Assembly: GCA_051891335.1 (NCBI GenBank)
Contig: JBJFFD010000044.1
Location: 321-64,320, forward strand
From: Candidatus Scatovivens sp.
GTDB taxonomy: Bacteria > Bacillota > Clostridia > TANB77 > CAG-508
DNA: 64,000 bases
Direction: 5' to 3'
A program made the position numbers and the translations under genes. The notes under the pieces are model-generated. The model was not told the DNA's origin and made no database searches. It saw nothing but the letters and a program-made list of their open reading frames with translations. This document shows, in pieces, positions 14,884 to 25,234 of the stretch. Numbering within the stretch: position 1 is the first letter of the stretch; every line of letters starts with the position of its first letter.

Positions 14884-15732
14884 TTATAATGGAAGTTTTA
14901 AAAATTCATTTTGATTTTGTTCAGATTCTTCCATTGTAAAGCAATATCCATTATATATGTTTTTTTCATCATTATTAAATTCTAAATTAATATTACAATT
15001 TGTAACAAACTCTTCTCCATAATTATTTTTTAAGTGGATTGTAAAGTTTATTTTTCCACTAATATCTTGTAATTTAATGTTTGCAGATTTCAATATTCTT
15101 CCATCAAAAGTAAATGTTCCATTTTCTCCATTAGCTTTTGCATTTGTTACAATATTTTTATTAACAAATCCAAGTGTTATTGGATTTGAACAATCAGTAT
15201 AGAATTCATTGTTTTGTACTTCTTCTTTTTCTTCATTTTTATGAACAATGTTAAAATTTATTTCATTATTCTCACTATTTTCCATGTCAACAAACTTTCC
15301 AAATAGTTTGCTATTTTTATAATTTAATATTTTTTCTCCATTTTCAGAGTTCATATCTATTGAAATATCTTTAATTGATAATTCAGAGATTGTATTTTCC
15401 TCTGATAATTCTTCTGATTTTACTCTATTGTTTAAATAAATAGCAATATCTGTAAACTGACTTATATCAATATTTTCAAGTTTATCATTGCTATGATCCT
15501 TCGCATATGCACTACTGTATAAAATAATCTTATCTATTTTGAAAATTGGTTTTTCATTTTCTCCAGCAAATTCAACAACCTGTTTTTCAAATATTTTCTT
15601 TCGAATTTCATTATTATAAATTTTAGAATAGGATAGAATAATGATTACTAGTAATATACAATCTACTATCAATAAAGCTTTTTTATTAGATAAAAACTCT
15701 TTCATTAATTTTCTCCTATCATAATTTTTCAT
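14884..15732 (-). CDS. Hypothetical membrane-anchored protein
   Basis: 282 aa with an N-terminal TM helix. Overlaps the upstream glucosaminidase gene by 14 nt, so they form an operon. Confidence 0.65.
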   Translation of the reverse strand: MKNYDRRKLMKEFLSNKKALLIVDCILLVIIILSYSKIYNNEIRKKIFEKQVVEFAGENEKPIFKIDKIILYSSAYAKDHSNDKLENIDISQFTDIAIYLNNRVKSEELSEENTISELSIKDISIDMNSENGEKILNYKNSKLFGKFVDMENSENNEINFNIVHKNEEKEEVQNNEFYTDCSNPITLGFVNKNIVTNAKANGENGTFTFDGRILKSANIKLQDISGKINFTIHLKNNYGEEFVTNCNINLEFNNDEKNIYNGYCFTMEESEQNQNEFLKLPL

Positions 15733-17032
15733 ATAAAGTTTTCATTATTTTAAAAACTTTTTCTGCCCAAAGGCTATCACTTGCATACCTAACATTAACT
15801 CCTGTTAAAGTTGAACCATTGTAGAAACTTCCCACTGCTGTTTCTCCATTATATATACTTGTTCCATTTGGATTAATATAATATTTCACTAACGCCTTTG
15901 CTACATTTTCAATTCCGCTTTTGTAACTTTCGAAAGTAACTGAAGATTCATATGGTGTTTCATCATAAGCTCCATATCCAAATAAATTTTTCTTATTAGT
16001 AGCTATTGTTGAAGTTCCCCAATTACTTTCATGAATTCCTATTGATGCTAAGAAAACCCCATTAATATTATATGTTTGCTCTATTTCATAGAAAAATTCT
16101 GCATTATTTTCAAATATTTTTTTGGTATCTTTTGTATTATTTGATAAAACTTTCTTGAAATCCTCTTTTGTAAGTCCGCTTTTAACATTTAAAGGCATAT
16201 CAAAATTAACTCCAAGCATAATTCTGTTAATTCTTGATTTCTCAGCTATTCCTGGAGTAACATTTTCAGAAGTTATTAAATTAGGTTTTACAAATCCTTC
16301 AATCCCATCAACTCTAATTTTGCACCATTCAGCTGATACTTCCATAAGTGTTATATCTATATATTGATGAATAACTCCAATCTGTGTACTTTCTACATTA
16401 ATTTCTTTATAAATTGGAGCTTCATTTATTGTATACATAGTATCACCGATTTTTACTTTATTATTAGCTAGAAATTCAGATGTACCTATTTTTATTACTT
16501 TTACAGTTGGCTCAGAAATTATATTTTCACAAATAACTTCTTCACCAATTAGTTCAACACTTTTATAAGAGCGAATATATGTAACCTCTTTACTTCCTAA
16601 AATTCCTTCCTGAATCAAAACTTGTTCATCTTTTGCTAATTGATTATCTTGTATGTACTGTGTTTCAAATTCTATTTCTTTTGTTTCAGTTACAATTTTC
16701 TTTGTTTCAACATCACTAATATTTAATGAAACAATTTGCATTAAGTCGATAGGTTCTGTATTTTCTTCAAATTCTCCTATAGCCACCTTTTCTTCTTTTG
16801 TTTTGGCAAAAATAGCATTACTTTTTATTGTCATAGCAAATAATAGAACTATTAATAATCCTATAATAACACCTATCGCGTTATATTTATAATTAATAAC
16901 TTGTCTACTTTTTATATAATTCTCATATTTTTTTTCATTTTGATCATAAAAATTTGTTTTTTGTTTTTCTTTTAATTCTTTAAATATTTCCGGAAGAGTT
17001 TTTCCATTTTTATTATAATATTCTTGTTTCAT
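15719..17032 (-). CDS. Cell-wall hydrolase: TM anchor, G5 domain, SH3b-like domain and N-acetylglucosaminidase (GH73)
   Basis: G5-like segment: KEIEFETQYIQDNQLAKDEQVLIQEGILGSKEVTY...KVIKIGT. Glucosaminidase motifs: GVFLASIGIHESNWGTS...NLFGYGAYD. Confidence 0.75.
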   Translation of the reverse strand: MKQEYYNKNGKTLPEIFKELKEKQKTNFYDQNEKKYENYIKSRQVINYKYNAIGVIIGLLIVLLFAMTIKSNAIFAKTKEEKVAIGEFEENTEPIDLMQIVSLNISDVETKKIVTETKEIEFETQYIQDNQLAKDEQVLIQEGILGSKEVTYIRSYKSVELIGEEVICENIISEPTVKVIKIGTSEFLANNKVKIGDTMYTINEAPIYKEINVESTQIGVIHQYIDITLMEVSAEWCKIRVDGIEGFVKPNLITSENVTPGIAEKSRINRIMLGVNFDMPLNVKSGLTKEDFKKVLSNNTKDTKKIFENNAEFFYEIEQTYNINGVFLASIGIHESNWGTSTIATNKKNLFGYGAYDETPYESSVTFESYKSGIENVAKALVKYYINPNGTSIYNGETAVGSFYNGSTLTGVNVRYASDSLWAEKVFKIMKTLYEKL

Positions 17033-17268
17033 TTTACTCCTCCCTTCTTCCTAAGTAATTAGTTTTAAAATATTCTATAATCTCTCAAATTATTTATACC
17101 ATAAGCCAATTAAAATTTCTATAACACAAACATAACATTTAGATAACATTTTTATTTGAAGGTAAGTAATAGCAAAGTCATTGATTCTATTTTTTTATTT
17201 AAAATTTTTAAAAATATGTTATACTATATTTAATATTTATCTAAAATAAAAAAGGAATTTACTAATAA

Positions 17269-18186
17269 ATGGAAATTAAGAATATAAAATCTCCACAAGA
17301 TATTTTAACTTTTATGAAAGAAAATATTGAATATGGTTGGTTAGATAATGGAAAAAATAAGCATATAAAAACTATGAAAAATTTTAGGAAACTATATGAA
17401 ACGCAATCTATTGAAGAAACTATAAGAAATGGAATAGGTTGTTGTATTGACCAAGTTTATTTAATGCATTATTTATTAGACAAGTTAAATATAAAAAATA
17501 AAATGTTTTGTTGTAGAATATATGAACCAAATGATTATAATAATTTAGAAGAAGATGAACATATGCATTGCTTTATTTTATATTATCAAAATAATAAAGT
17601 TTACCAAATAGAGCATCCAAACTTTGAAAAAATTGGGATATATGAATTTAATACTGAAGAAGAAGCAATTTCTAGTATAGTAAATTATTATATAAAATTA
17701 AGTGGTGGAAGAAAACGACCAACAACGCAATTCTATGATGTTCCTGTTGGACTCTCTTTTAAGGAATTTAACAATTATATAAATGATTTAGATATAGACA
17801 AAATTTTAACATTTATTATTAATGAAAATAATCAGTTTTTGTTATTAAAAGGACAGAAAAATGACCCTCAATTTCATAAGAGTTTTTGGTATGTCGTAAC
17901 AGGCTCATGTGAAAAAGAAGATAAAGACAAAATTGAAACAGTAAAAAGAGAGGTAAAAGAAGAAACGAATTTAGATGTTGTTGAAATAAAATATTTAAAT
18001 AAAATTTTTCATTATCAATCATTAGGGAAAAATTGCACAGAGTATGTATATTTATCCAAAGTAAAAGGTGAAAATATCATTTTAAATGAGGAAAGTGTTG
18101 ACTACAAATGGTGCAATTTTGATGAATTTATTGAATTAATCAATTGGTTTGAAGATAAAGAAGAATTAATAAAGTTATTAAGATAA
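17269..18186 (+). CDS. Fusion protein: transglutaminase-like (Cys/His) N-domain plus C-terminal NUDIX hydrolase
   Basis: N-domain: GIGCCIDQVYLMHYLL...EHMHCFILYY. C-domain Nudix box: GSCEKEDKDKIETVKREVKEETNLD. Confidence 0.65.
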   Translation: MEIKNIKSPQDILTFMKENIEYGWLDNGKNKHIKTMKNFRKLYETQSIEETIRNGIGCCIDQVYLMHYLLDKLNIKNKMFCCRIYEPNDYNNLEEDEHMHCFILYYQNNKVYQIEHPNFEKIGIYEFNTEEEAISSIVNYYIKLSGGRKRPTTQFYDVPVGLSFKEFNNYINDLDIDKILTFIINENNQFLLLKGQKNDPQFHKSFWYVVTGSCEKEDKDKIETVKREVKEETNLDVVEIKYLNKIFHYQSLGKNCTEYVYLSKVKGENIILNEESVDYKWCNFDEFIELINWFEDKEELIKLLR

Positions 18187-18193
18187 AAAGAAC

Positions 18194-18227
18194 AACCCCA
18201 AATGCTATTTAAGTAGCTTTTGGGGTT
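18194..18227. terminator. Bidirectional terminator between convergent genes
   Basis: AACCCCAAA...TTTGGGGTT. Confidence 0.7.
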
Positions 18228-18272
18228 GGCTTATGTCTTTTCTATATTAGATTAATTGTATTTAGGTAATTA

Positions 18273-20648
18273 CTATATATGCCAAATATCTTCTGCGTAT
18301 TCTTTAATGGTACGATCTGAAGAAAACTTACCAACATGAGTGGTATTTTTGAATCCCTTTCTAGTATAGAAAGATAAATCTCCAGTACTTTGCTCCTTGC
18401 TATAATCTTTATTTGCCTTCAAGGTAGTTTCAATATAAGACCTAAGGTCATACATAATAAAATACCTATCGTTGTAAAGTAAAGTATTTGCAAGATTCCA
18501 GTAAGTTCCCTTTAAGTTACGTGCACCTTTTAAGTATTCAATCAGTTCTACTAAATCAGAATTTGCCGCCAAAAATGACTGATGATTGTAAATTGGCTTA
18601 ATGCGTTTTAATTCATCTACAGTTGCTCCAAAAATATAATTATTTTTAGAGCCTGCTTCTTCAAGGATTTCAATGTTAGCACCATCTAAAGTTCCTATCG
18701 TGGGAGCACCATTCATCATGAACTTCATATTGCTGGTACCAGAAGCTTCTGTTCCAGCTGTACTAATTTGTTCAGAAAAGTTAGCTCCTGCATATACTTT
18801 TTCTGCGTAACTAACATTAAAGTTTGTTAGAAAAACAACCTGCATCTTATCATTAACATCAGGATCATTGTTTACCATATCCTGAATATCCTTAATAAGA
18901 GCAATTATAGACTTAGCAGTGTTATAAGAAGCTGCTGCTTTACCGCCTATAACAAAAGTTGTTTTATAAAAATCAGTAAGTTCTCCCTTTTTAAGCTTGT
19001 CATAGATGTAAAGAATACGTAAGGCATTCATAAGTTGCCTCTTATATTCATGAATACGTTTTACCTGGCAATCAATAATACTGCTAGAATCTATCTGAAT
19101 TCCCTCTTGTTTTTTAATGTATTCCGCAAGGTTCTTTTTTGCAATATTCTTAACTGCAGCATATTCAGCCAAAACATTAGAATCATTTTTGTACTGTTCA
19201 AGCTTTTCAAGCTTAGTTAAATCCGTCACCCAATCTTTGCCAAGATAGCAGTCTAAGAAATTAGCCAGATCATGATTTGCAAGTTTGAGCCATCGTCTCG
19301 GTGTAACACCATTAGTTTTGTTATTAAACTTTTCCGGATAGAGTTTGTACCATTTACCGAGAGTCTCATTTTTAATAATCTCAGTGTGCACAGCCGCAAC
19401 TCCGTTAATTTTGCAAGCAACAAAACACGCTATGCGACTCATATGAACAAGTCCATCTGCAAAAAGTTCATATTCTCTCACAAGTTGCCAATTAGGATAT
19501 TTTTCAGTCTTCCCATCTTTTGATGTAGAAATATAGAACTCATCTTTTCCTATAAGCTCATCGATAAGTATCTGATTAAGTTCTTCGACTACTTTAAAGA
19601 TATTAGGAAGCAAATCCTTAAAAAGAATTATGGACCACTTTTCAAGAGCTTCACTCATAATAGTGTGATTAGTGTATGCAAAGCATTTTTTAGCCTTCTC
19701 AAAAGCCTCGTTAATTGAATATCCGTGGTTTTTAAGAAGTCTTATAAATTCTAAGCATGCCATTACCGGATGAGTATCATTCATCTGAAAAATATAGTAA
19801 TCCTCTATGTTGTCAAGAGTTCCATGTTTCTTCAGATGAATATTAAATATTCTTTGAAGCATTGCACTTACAAAAAAATATTCCTGGCGGATTCTGAGCC
19901 TTTTTCCTTCATCAGTACTATCATCAGGATATAAATAATCAGAAATCTTTGAAGCAGATTCATTGGTTATTCCTTCGATAGGCTCCGCTTTCCAAAGTGT
20001 AAGAGGAAAAGCATTACTATCGAAATGCTCTCTGCTTGAGTTATATCCTACTATAGGCATAACATACGGAACAGCTTTTACTTTTGTATCTTGATATTCA
20101 ACTGTAACAGCATCTTCCTCTTGAGCTTCAAACCAAGACTCGCCTTTTTCAGTCCACTTATCAGGTTTTTCTATCTGATTACCAGTCTTGTCAAATTCTT
20201 GCTTAAAAAGGCCATACTTATAGTATAATCCTACACCGTAAAGAGGATATCCCTTGGTCGCCGCAGATTCAATAAAACAAGCTGCTAAGCGTCCAAGTCC
20301 ACCATTTCCGAGAGCAGTGTCTGAAACTTCTTCTAGACAGTTAATATCTATTCCTTCTTCAGCAAAAATTTTAGTAGTAATCTTCATAAGACCTGCATTT
20401 GTAAGCATATCAAGCACTATGCGTCCCATGAGAAACTCTATAGAAAAATAAATGGCAATTCTTTTTTCTGAGTAAAGATTTTTAGAATTCTCATAATTTG
20501 ATGAAATGACTTTACTTTTTACAACATTTGCAATAACAGCATTTAGCTCATATGGATTAAGCTCTTTAAGCTCCTTTCCAAACAGAGTCCGAGCAGTTTC
20601 CAAATATTGCTCTTTAAGTGTCTGTTGGTCAATTGTATACATTTGCAT
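18273..20648 (-). CDS. glgP: Glycogen/maltodextrin (alpha-glucan) phosphorylase
   Basis: 791 aa. LGNGGLGRLAACF, the PLP-lysine region EASGTSNMKFMMNGA and TNGVTPRRWL are GT35 hallmarks. Confidence 0.95.
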   Translation of the reverse strand: MQMYTIDQQTLKEQYLETARTLFGKELKELNPYELNAVIANVVKSKVISSNYENSKNLYSEKRIAIYFSIEFLMGRIVLDMLTNAGLMKITTKIFAEEGIDINCLEEVSDTALGNGGLGRLAACFIESAATKGYPLYGVGLYYKYGLFKQEFDKTGNQIEKPDKWTEKGESWFEAQEEDAVTVEYQDTKVKAVPYVMPIVGYNSSREHFDSNAFPLTLWKAEPIEGITNESASKISDYLYPDDSTDEGKRLRIRQEYFFVSAMLQRIFNIHLKKHGTLDNIEDYYIFQMNDTHPVMACLEFIRLLKNHGYSINEAFEKAKKCFAYTNHTIMSEALEKWSIILFKDLLPNIFKVVEELNQILIDELIGKDEFYISTSKDGKTEKYPNWQLVREYELFADGLVHMSRIACFVACKINGVAAVHTEIIKNETLGKWYKLYPEKFNNKTNGVTPRRWLKLANHDLANFLDCYLGKDWVTDLTKLEKLEQYKNDSNVLAEYAAVKNIAKKNLAEYIKKQEGIQIDSSSIIDCQVKRIHEYKRQLMNALRILYIYDKLKKGELTDFYKTTFVIGGKAAASYNTAKSIIALIKDIQDMVNNDPDVNDKMQVVFLTNFNVSYAEKVYAGANFSEQISTAGTEASGTSNMKFMMNGAPTIGTLDGANIEILEEAGSKNNYIFGATVDELKRIKPIYNHQSFLAANSDLVELIEYLKGARNLKGTYWNLANTLLYNDRYFIMYDLRSYIETTLKANKDYSKEQSTGDLSFYTRKGFKNTTHVGKFSSDRTIKEYAEDIWHI

Positions 20649-20908
20649 ACAAATTCTCCTTTCCTTAAGTTGTTCAATTTACAATCAAATTAATTATCTA
20701 ATTCTACAACCTCCTTAGTACAAAAAGACATAAGTTTTTTGCAAATCATGTTAAATTCATAACATAACTTACATTTTGAAATAAAAAAATTATTTCAGAC
20801 GCATTATAACACGAAAATTCGACTTATACAATGTCGAATTTTGATTTTTTATAAAATTTATTTTTTACATTTTTATAATTCTAATTTTACTATATTATTC
20901 CTACTTTC

Positions 20909-22081
20909 TTATAATTCAAGTTCTTCAACTTTTTGTGGATTAAGTCTATCAAATGTTCCTACTATGTGTAGTTTTTCTTTATCCATCTCATCTATAAATT
21001 GTTTCATTTCTTCTGGTGTTTTTGCTATATATTTTTTATCTTCATTTGAGTATATATAATATATATTATTATTTTTATCTTCAGATTTATTTAAAGGTTT
21101 TACTTTTAATATAGATATTATATTTGAAAAATCTTCTCCAATAGTTGATACATAAGCTTGTATTCTTTTTCCTTCTTCTGGGGATAATATTTTTTTTGCA
21201 ACATACAAATAGTATCTTATATTCTCTAAATAATTCATATTACTATTATAATCTGTCAATTTGTTTATATTTTCAAAAATATAATCTAATTTATATTTTA
21301 ATAATTCTTCTTCTGGAACATCCTTATTATGTAGTACATACTTTTTAAATGACTCTGGATTATCCATTTCTTTTTTTAATAATTCTATTGTATCTTCTGT
21401 ATAGATTCCTCTTTCCCCATCTTTTGAAAATTGTGGTACTGAAAAACTATATCCTAATTTTTTATCTAACTGTTCTATCTCTTTTCTTGTTAAACTATCA
21501 ATTTTGCCATAATGCTCTTCTAATATTCTTAAATAAGCTTTATTCTCTTCTTCAATTATTGGATCATCATTAGGTCTACTAAGGTCAAAGCAGAAGCTAT
21601 TTACTCTTCTTGAAGTCTTTATTCTAGATAAATCACTTATTAAATTTACTATATAATTTTTGCCATTTATTTTTAATATTACATCAACATGTGTTATTGA
21701 ACTTTCAGGATATTTTCTTACTAAATCTGCTGAGATTCCAATTCTATTATCTCTTAGTATACTAACATATAATTCTGAAATCGATTTACAAATGCCAGAA
21801 TAGTTATCATCTATCTTATCATTATAATGTTCTTCTTTTCCTTTTCTATCTGTAAATACAAATTGAGGACTTTCACTAACAATTTTTCCTAATTCTAGAT
21901 ATATATAATATGCTTTTTCTATTTCAGATAAATTCTTAGGCATATTGTTTATAATATCATCAATTTTTTGGCTATTTATTAAATCTAGATAAAGATTTTT
22001 GGGCGAATCTAATATCAGTTGATTATGATTTTTTGTTTTTATCTTATTTATAAATTTTTTTAAATAATCAACTATTTTCAC
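20909..22081 (-). CDS. Hypothetical 390-aa protein, possibly with a Cys-His-Asp transglutaminase/papain-like N-domain
   Basis: SGICKSISELYVSILRD...ITHVDVILKINGKNYIVNLISD. No other motif recognised. Confidence 0.6.
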   Translation of the reverse strand: MKIVDYLKKFINKIKTKNHNQLILDSPKNLYLDLINSQKIDDIINNMPKNLSEIEKAYYIYLELGKIVSESPQFVFTDRKGKEEHYNDKIDDNYSGICKSISELYVSILRDNRIGISADLVRKYPESSITHVDVILKINGKNYIVNLISDLSRIKTSRRVNSFCFDLSRPNDDPIIEEENKAYLRILEEHYGKIDSLTRKEIEQLDKKLGYSFSVPQFSKDGERGIYTEDTIELLKKEMDNPESFKKYVLHNKDVPEEELLKYKLDYIFENINKLTDYNSNMNYLENIRYYLYVAKKILSPEEGKRIQAYVSTIGEDFSNIISILKVKPLNKSEDKNNNIYYIYSNEDKKYIAKTPEEMKQFIDEMDKEKLHIVGTFDRLNPQKVEELEL

Positions 22082-22116
22082 AAATTCACCTCCTACAAAT
22101 TAATTATATCATCATA

Positions 22117-22836
22117 CTATTCTAAATGCTTTAAGTACTTTTGGTATTCTCCGTTTTTATATATAAATAAATCTCCTTGTTTCGCATCTTTTAATAATTC
22201 TTTTGGAAAATCTACTTCTTCTATTCCTTCCTTAAAAGTTTCATTATTATCTGTAACATCAAACAAACATGCTCTATCATTACATTTTTCAGACATTTCA
22301 TAAATATGTTCTTCTATTCTTTTGCTATTTAAGAATTCTTTCTGTTCTTTTAATAATCTATCTTTCATCTTGTATATTTCATTTGATATTTTTTCTGTTG
22401 CCTCAGTATCCAATATATATTTTTTATCAATCTTTCTTAGTACACTTCCTAATTTAGCTTCTTTAGGTAATTCATTTTTACTAGTTTCTATAACAGTATG
22501 GCTCTTTCCATCTTCACAAATACACAAATTATAACCATTTTCTAATTTAGAATTTTTACTATATATATAATACATTTGCCCTTTATCAGAAGTTTCTTTT
22601 GCATAATTATTTAGGATATTACTTCTTTCAAGATACATTTTATCTCTATATTGGGTAATTATTTTATTTTCACTAAGAGTCGAATTTATCAATAGGATAT
22701 CCTCCTTTTCAAAATTTTCATAATTATTTTTCAGTATGTTTTTTTCTAAATAATTTTCTAATTCTTTAATAAAATTTTGAATAAATTTATTACTTTTAGT
22801 TTCATTAATTATATTATTGATAAAGTCTAAATTCAA
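22117..22836 (-). CDS. Hypothetical 239-aa protein
   Basis: Long ORF, co-directional with and 36 nt upstream of the 20909 gene. Confidence 0.6.
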   Translation of the reverse strand: MNLDFINNIINETKSNKFIQNFIKELENYLEKNILKNNYENFEKEDILLINSTLSENKIITQYRDKMYLERSNILNNYAKETSDKGQMYYIYSKNSKLENGYNLCICEDGKSHTVIETSKNELPKEAKLGSVLRKIDKKYILDTEATEKISNEIYKMKDRLLKEQKEFLNSKRIEEHIYEMSEKCNDRACLFDVTDNNETFKEGIEEVDFPKELLKDAKQGDLFIYKNGEYQKYLKHLE

Positions 22837-23056
22837 TAAGCATCACTCTCCTATTAATTTTTTTATTTTTTGGGAAATCTACTATTGAAATGTAGTAGAA
22901 AAGACTTAAATACTTCTGAAAGTATATGTAATCTTATCTTAATTGTCAATGCTTTTAATTTTAAAATTTAGATTTTACTTTTTTGTTTTTCATAAATCCT
23001 TGTTTTAGTATAACTTTGTAGTTTTGGACTAACACAGTTTGACCTTACTCTATTTT

Positions 23057-23800
23057 TTATTCTAACAGTTTCCCTGTTGCATAATCAATGCTAACTCCTG
23101 GTTGTATATTATAAACAAAAACATTAAAGCATACTCCTTCTCCATTATCTTCTACAGAAAAAGCCTCCATCTCCACTCCACTTGCTAAAAGATTATTTCC
23201 TTTAAAAATGGGTGTTACTCTATATAAAACATGATTATTTTCATTTTCATTAATATAGTCTGCTACTTGCTTTTCAAATGGTAACATACCTTGAACATTA
23301 AAATATCTTGTTCCTGTAATTAAATTTTGCTCATTAGCGTCTTCATCAGATAGCATATATGCTATTAAGTGACATCTATTATATAAATATTCACCATTAT
23401 ATTTTGCTTGTTTCCATCCTGTTGGAAAAACAGAACTAATATCTCCCCTTTCATCTCCTTTAGGTGGCATAGTTTCTTTACATACATTCGCATAAGCTAC
23501 TCCGCATCTTCCTAAATAATCCAACTCACTATATTTTTCAAAACTTTCTGCTCTATAATTTTCTTCATTAAAATATGGCTTATTATTATTAATTGTTATA
23601 TAAATTTCACCCTTGTAGTCTGGAATATCTTCTATGCTAGAATATGTAGTGTTAGCACTTGTGTTTATATCTACTGTATTTTCTGTATCTTTTAAAGTAG
23701 TACTGTTTATAATAGTTGCTATTACTATTAAAATAATAAATATGATTAAATCGCTTATTAATTTATTCATATTTATTTTATTTTTTTTCTTTTTACTCAC
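23057..23800 (-). CDS. Membrane-anchored DNA/RNA non-specific endonuclease (EndA/DNA-entry nuclease-like)
   Basis: N-terminal TM helix. DYLGRCGVAYA...YNRCHLIAYMLS...NEQNLITGTRYFN resembles the Endonuclea_NS_2 family. Confidence 0.65.
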   Translation of the reverse strand: MSKKKKNKINMNKLISDLIIFIILIVIATIINSTTLKDTENTVDINTSANTTYSSIEDIPDYKGEIYITINNNKPYFNEENYRAESFEKYSELDYLGRCGVAYANVCKETMPPKGDERGDISSVFPTGWKQAKYNGEYLYNRCHLIAYMLSDEDANEQNLITGTRYFNVQGMLPFEKQVADYINENENNHVLYRVTPIFKGNNLLASGVEMEAFSVEDNGEGVCFNVFVYNIQPGVSIDYATGKLLE

Positions 23801-23845
23801 TTTTTTAACCCCTCTATGGCATAATGACTTATTATTTAAAAATTT

Positions 23846-24421
23846 TTATTTATTATTATTTTCAGTATACCATTTTGAAAATTCATTCATAGCATTTATA
23901 GATTCATATCTAATTCTATTGGCTCTTTCTTCATCTGTCATTTCTGCTAAAGTTTTATCATATCCTAAAGGTTTAAATATATACCATAAATCAGACCATT
24001 TTTTATTTGTATCATTTCCTAATACCTTTTTAGACAAAGCTCCTTCATGTTTTCCCATAAATTGATGTAACTGTTTTCCATCGTAATAAGATAAACATTC
24101 TGTGAATCTACAACTTCTATTTTCTTTTCCTTCCATTAACTTTAAAATACCATCAATTCCAATTGTATCTAAAGCAAAATTAACAAAAGCTTTAGGAAAG
24201 CCATCTAATTCATCTATCCAAAATCCACAATCTAAAGAAATACATGGTTTACTAACTAATTTATAGGCTTCCATTACTTTGTATTTTGAAATGTATTTTA
24301 TATCGTCACTTCTAGGTTCCTCTAGTTCATATTCATATATTTTAAAATTAACATCTTTTAATTGCTTTTTTGCGGACGCAATTTTTCCTTTATTATGTGT
24401 AACAAAAACTATTTCATCCAT
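23846..24421 (-). CDS. Non-canonical purine NTP pyrophosphatase (Ham1/ITPase family)
   Basis: IVFVTHNKGKIASAKK..., the size (191 aa) and the C-terminal pattern fit the Ham1 family. Confidence 0.6.
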   Translation of the reverse strand: MDEIVFVTHNKGKIASAKKQLKDVNFKIYEYELEEPRSDDIKYISKYKVMEAYKLVSKPCISLDCGFWIDELDGFPKAFVNFALDTIGIDGILKLMEGKENRSCRFTECLSYYDGKQLHQFMGKHEGALSKKVLGNDTNKKWSDLWYIFKPLGYDKTLAEMTDEERANRIRYESINAMNEFSKWYTENNNK

Positions 24422-24490
24422 TTGTATATTATAATTTCTCCTTTCAAAAACCTTTATCTATTTATATACTAATATTTAATTATTTTCAAG

Positions 24491-24630
24491 AACAAAAGGG
24501 GCATGTTTAAAATTCTTTAACTTTTTAACAGACTTACATGCCCCGTCTTTGTTCGCCCGCGAAAAATTGCTATGCAATTTTTCTGTGGAATGTGTTTATA
24601 TTATAGGAAGTTCCTATAATATAAAAAAAT
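24491..24630 (+). repeat. Dispersed composite-hairpin intergenic element, copy 1
   Basis: Shares GGCATG...CATGCC, GTCTTTGTTCGCCCGCGAAAA, TTTTCTGTGGAATGT and a TATATTATAGGAA...TTCCTATAATATA palindrome with 47846-48003. Confidence 0.7.
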
Positions 24631-24746
24631 AGACTTCAAGAATCTTATATGAAGATTAGTCAATTTGAACAAAATTTTATATTATTATTGTTTTTTTTAT
24701 TATTATAATATAAAATTAAAATAAATAATAAAAAAGGAGTGCACTT

Positions 24747-25220
24747 ATGAAAAAAATTTTTAAACCCTTATTAATTATAATAAATATAATTTTATCTTTA
24801 ACTTTTATATATAACTTTTTAACATTTAATTATAGGATTTGGAATTGGTTATTCTTCACCTCTATAATCCTATCTATAGTTTCTCAAATAATTTATTTAA
24901 ACAAGTTTAAAATTGGAAAACGTATATTATTTGTGCTTCTTATGGTTTTGTTAGCTATAGTTTCTTCTTTAATAATATTTTTAATACCTGGATATATGTT
25001 TCCATATACAGAAACAGAAAATATTTCATTCTTTTCATTGCTTACAGGATTTTCATTTACTTTTGCCAACATTACAATCATTTATCCTACACTTACATTA
25101 TTTATCAACAATTTAAAGAAAAAAGAAAAAAACAAAAAAAGCTATTTTACCTTAATAGCTCTATATACAATAATTATCACTGTTATGGAAACAATAATAA
25201 TGATTTTTTCAAATAAATAA
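24747..25220 (+). CDS. Hypothetical polytopic membrane protein
   Basis: 157 aa with 4-5 hydrophobic helices. AAGGAG RBS. Confidence 0.7.
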   Translation: MKKIFKPLLIIINIILSLTFIYNFLTFNYRIWNWLFFTSIILSIVSQIIYLNKFKIGKRILFVLLMVLLAIVSSLIIFLIPGYMFPYTETENISFFSLLTGFSFTFANITIIYPTLTLFINNLKKKEKNKKSYFTLIALYTIIITVMETIIMIFSNK

Positions 25221-25234
25221 AGAAGACACTTCAA

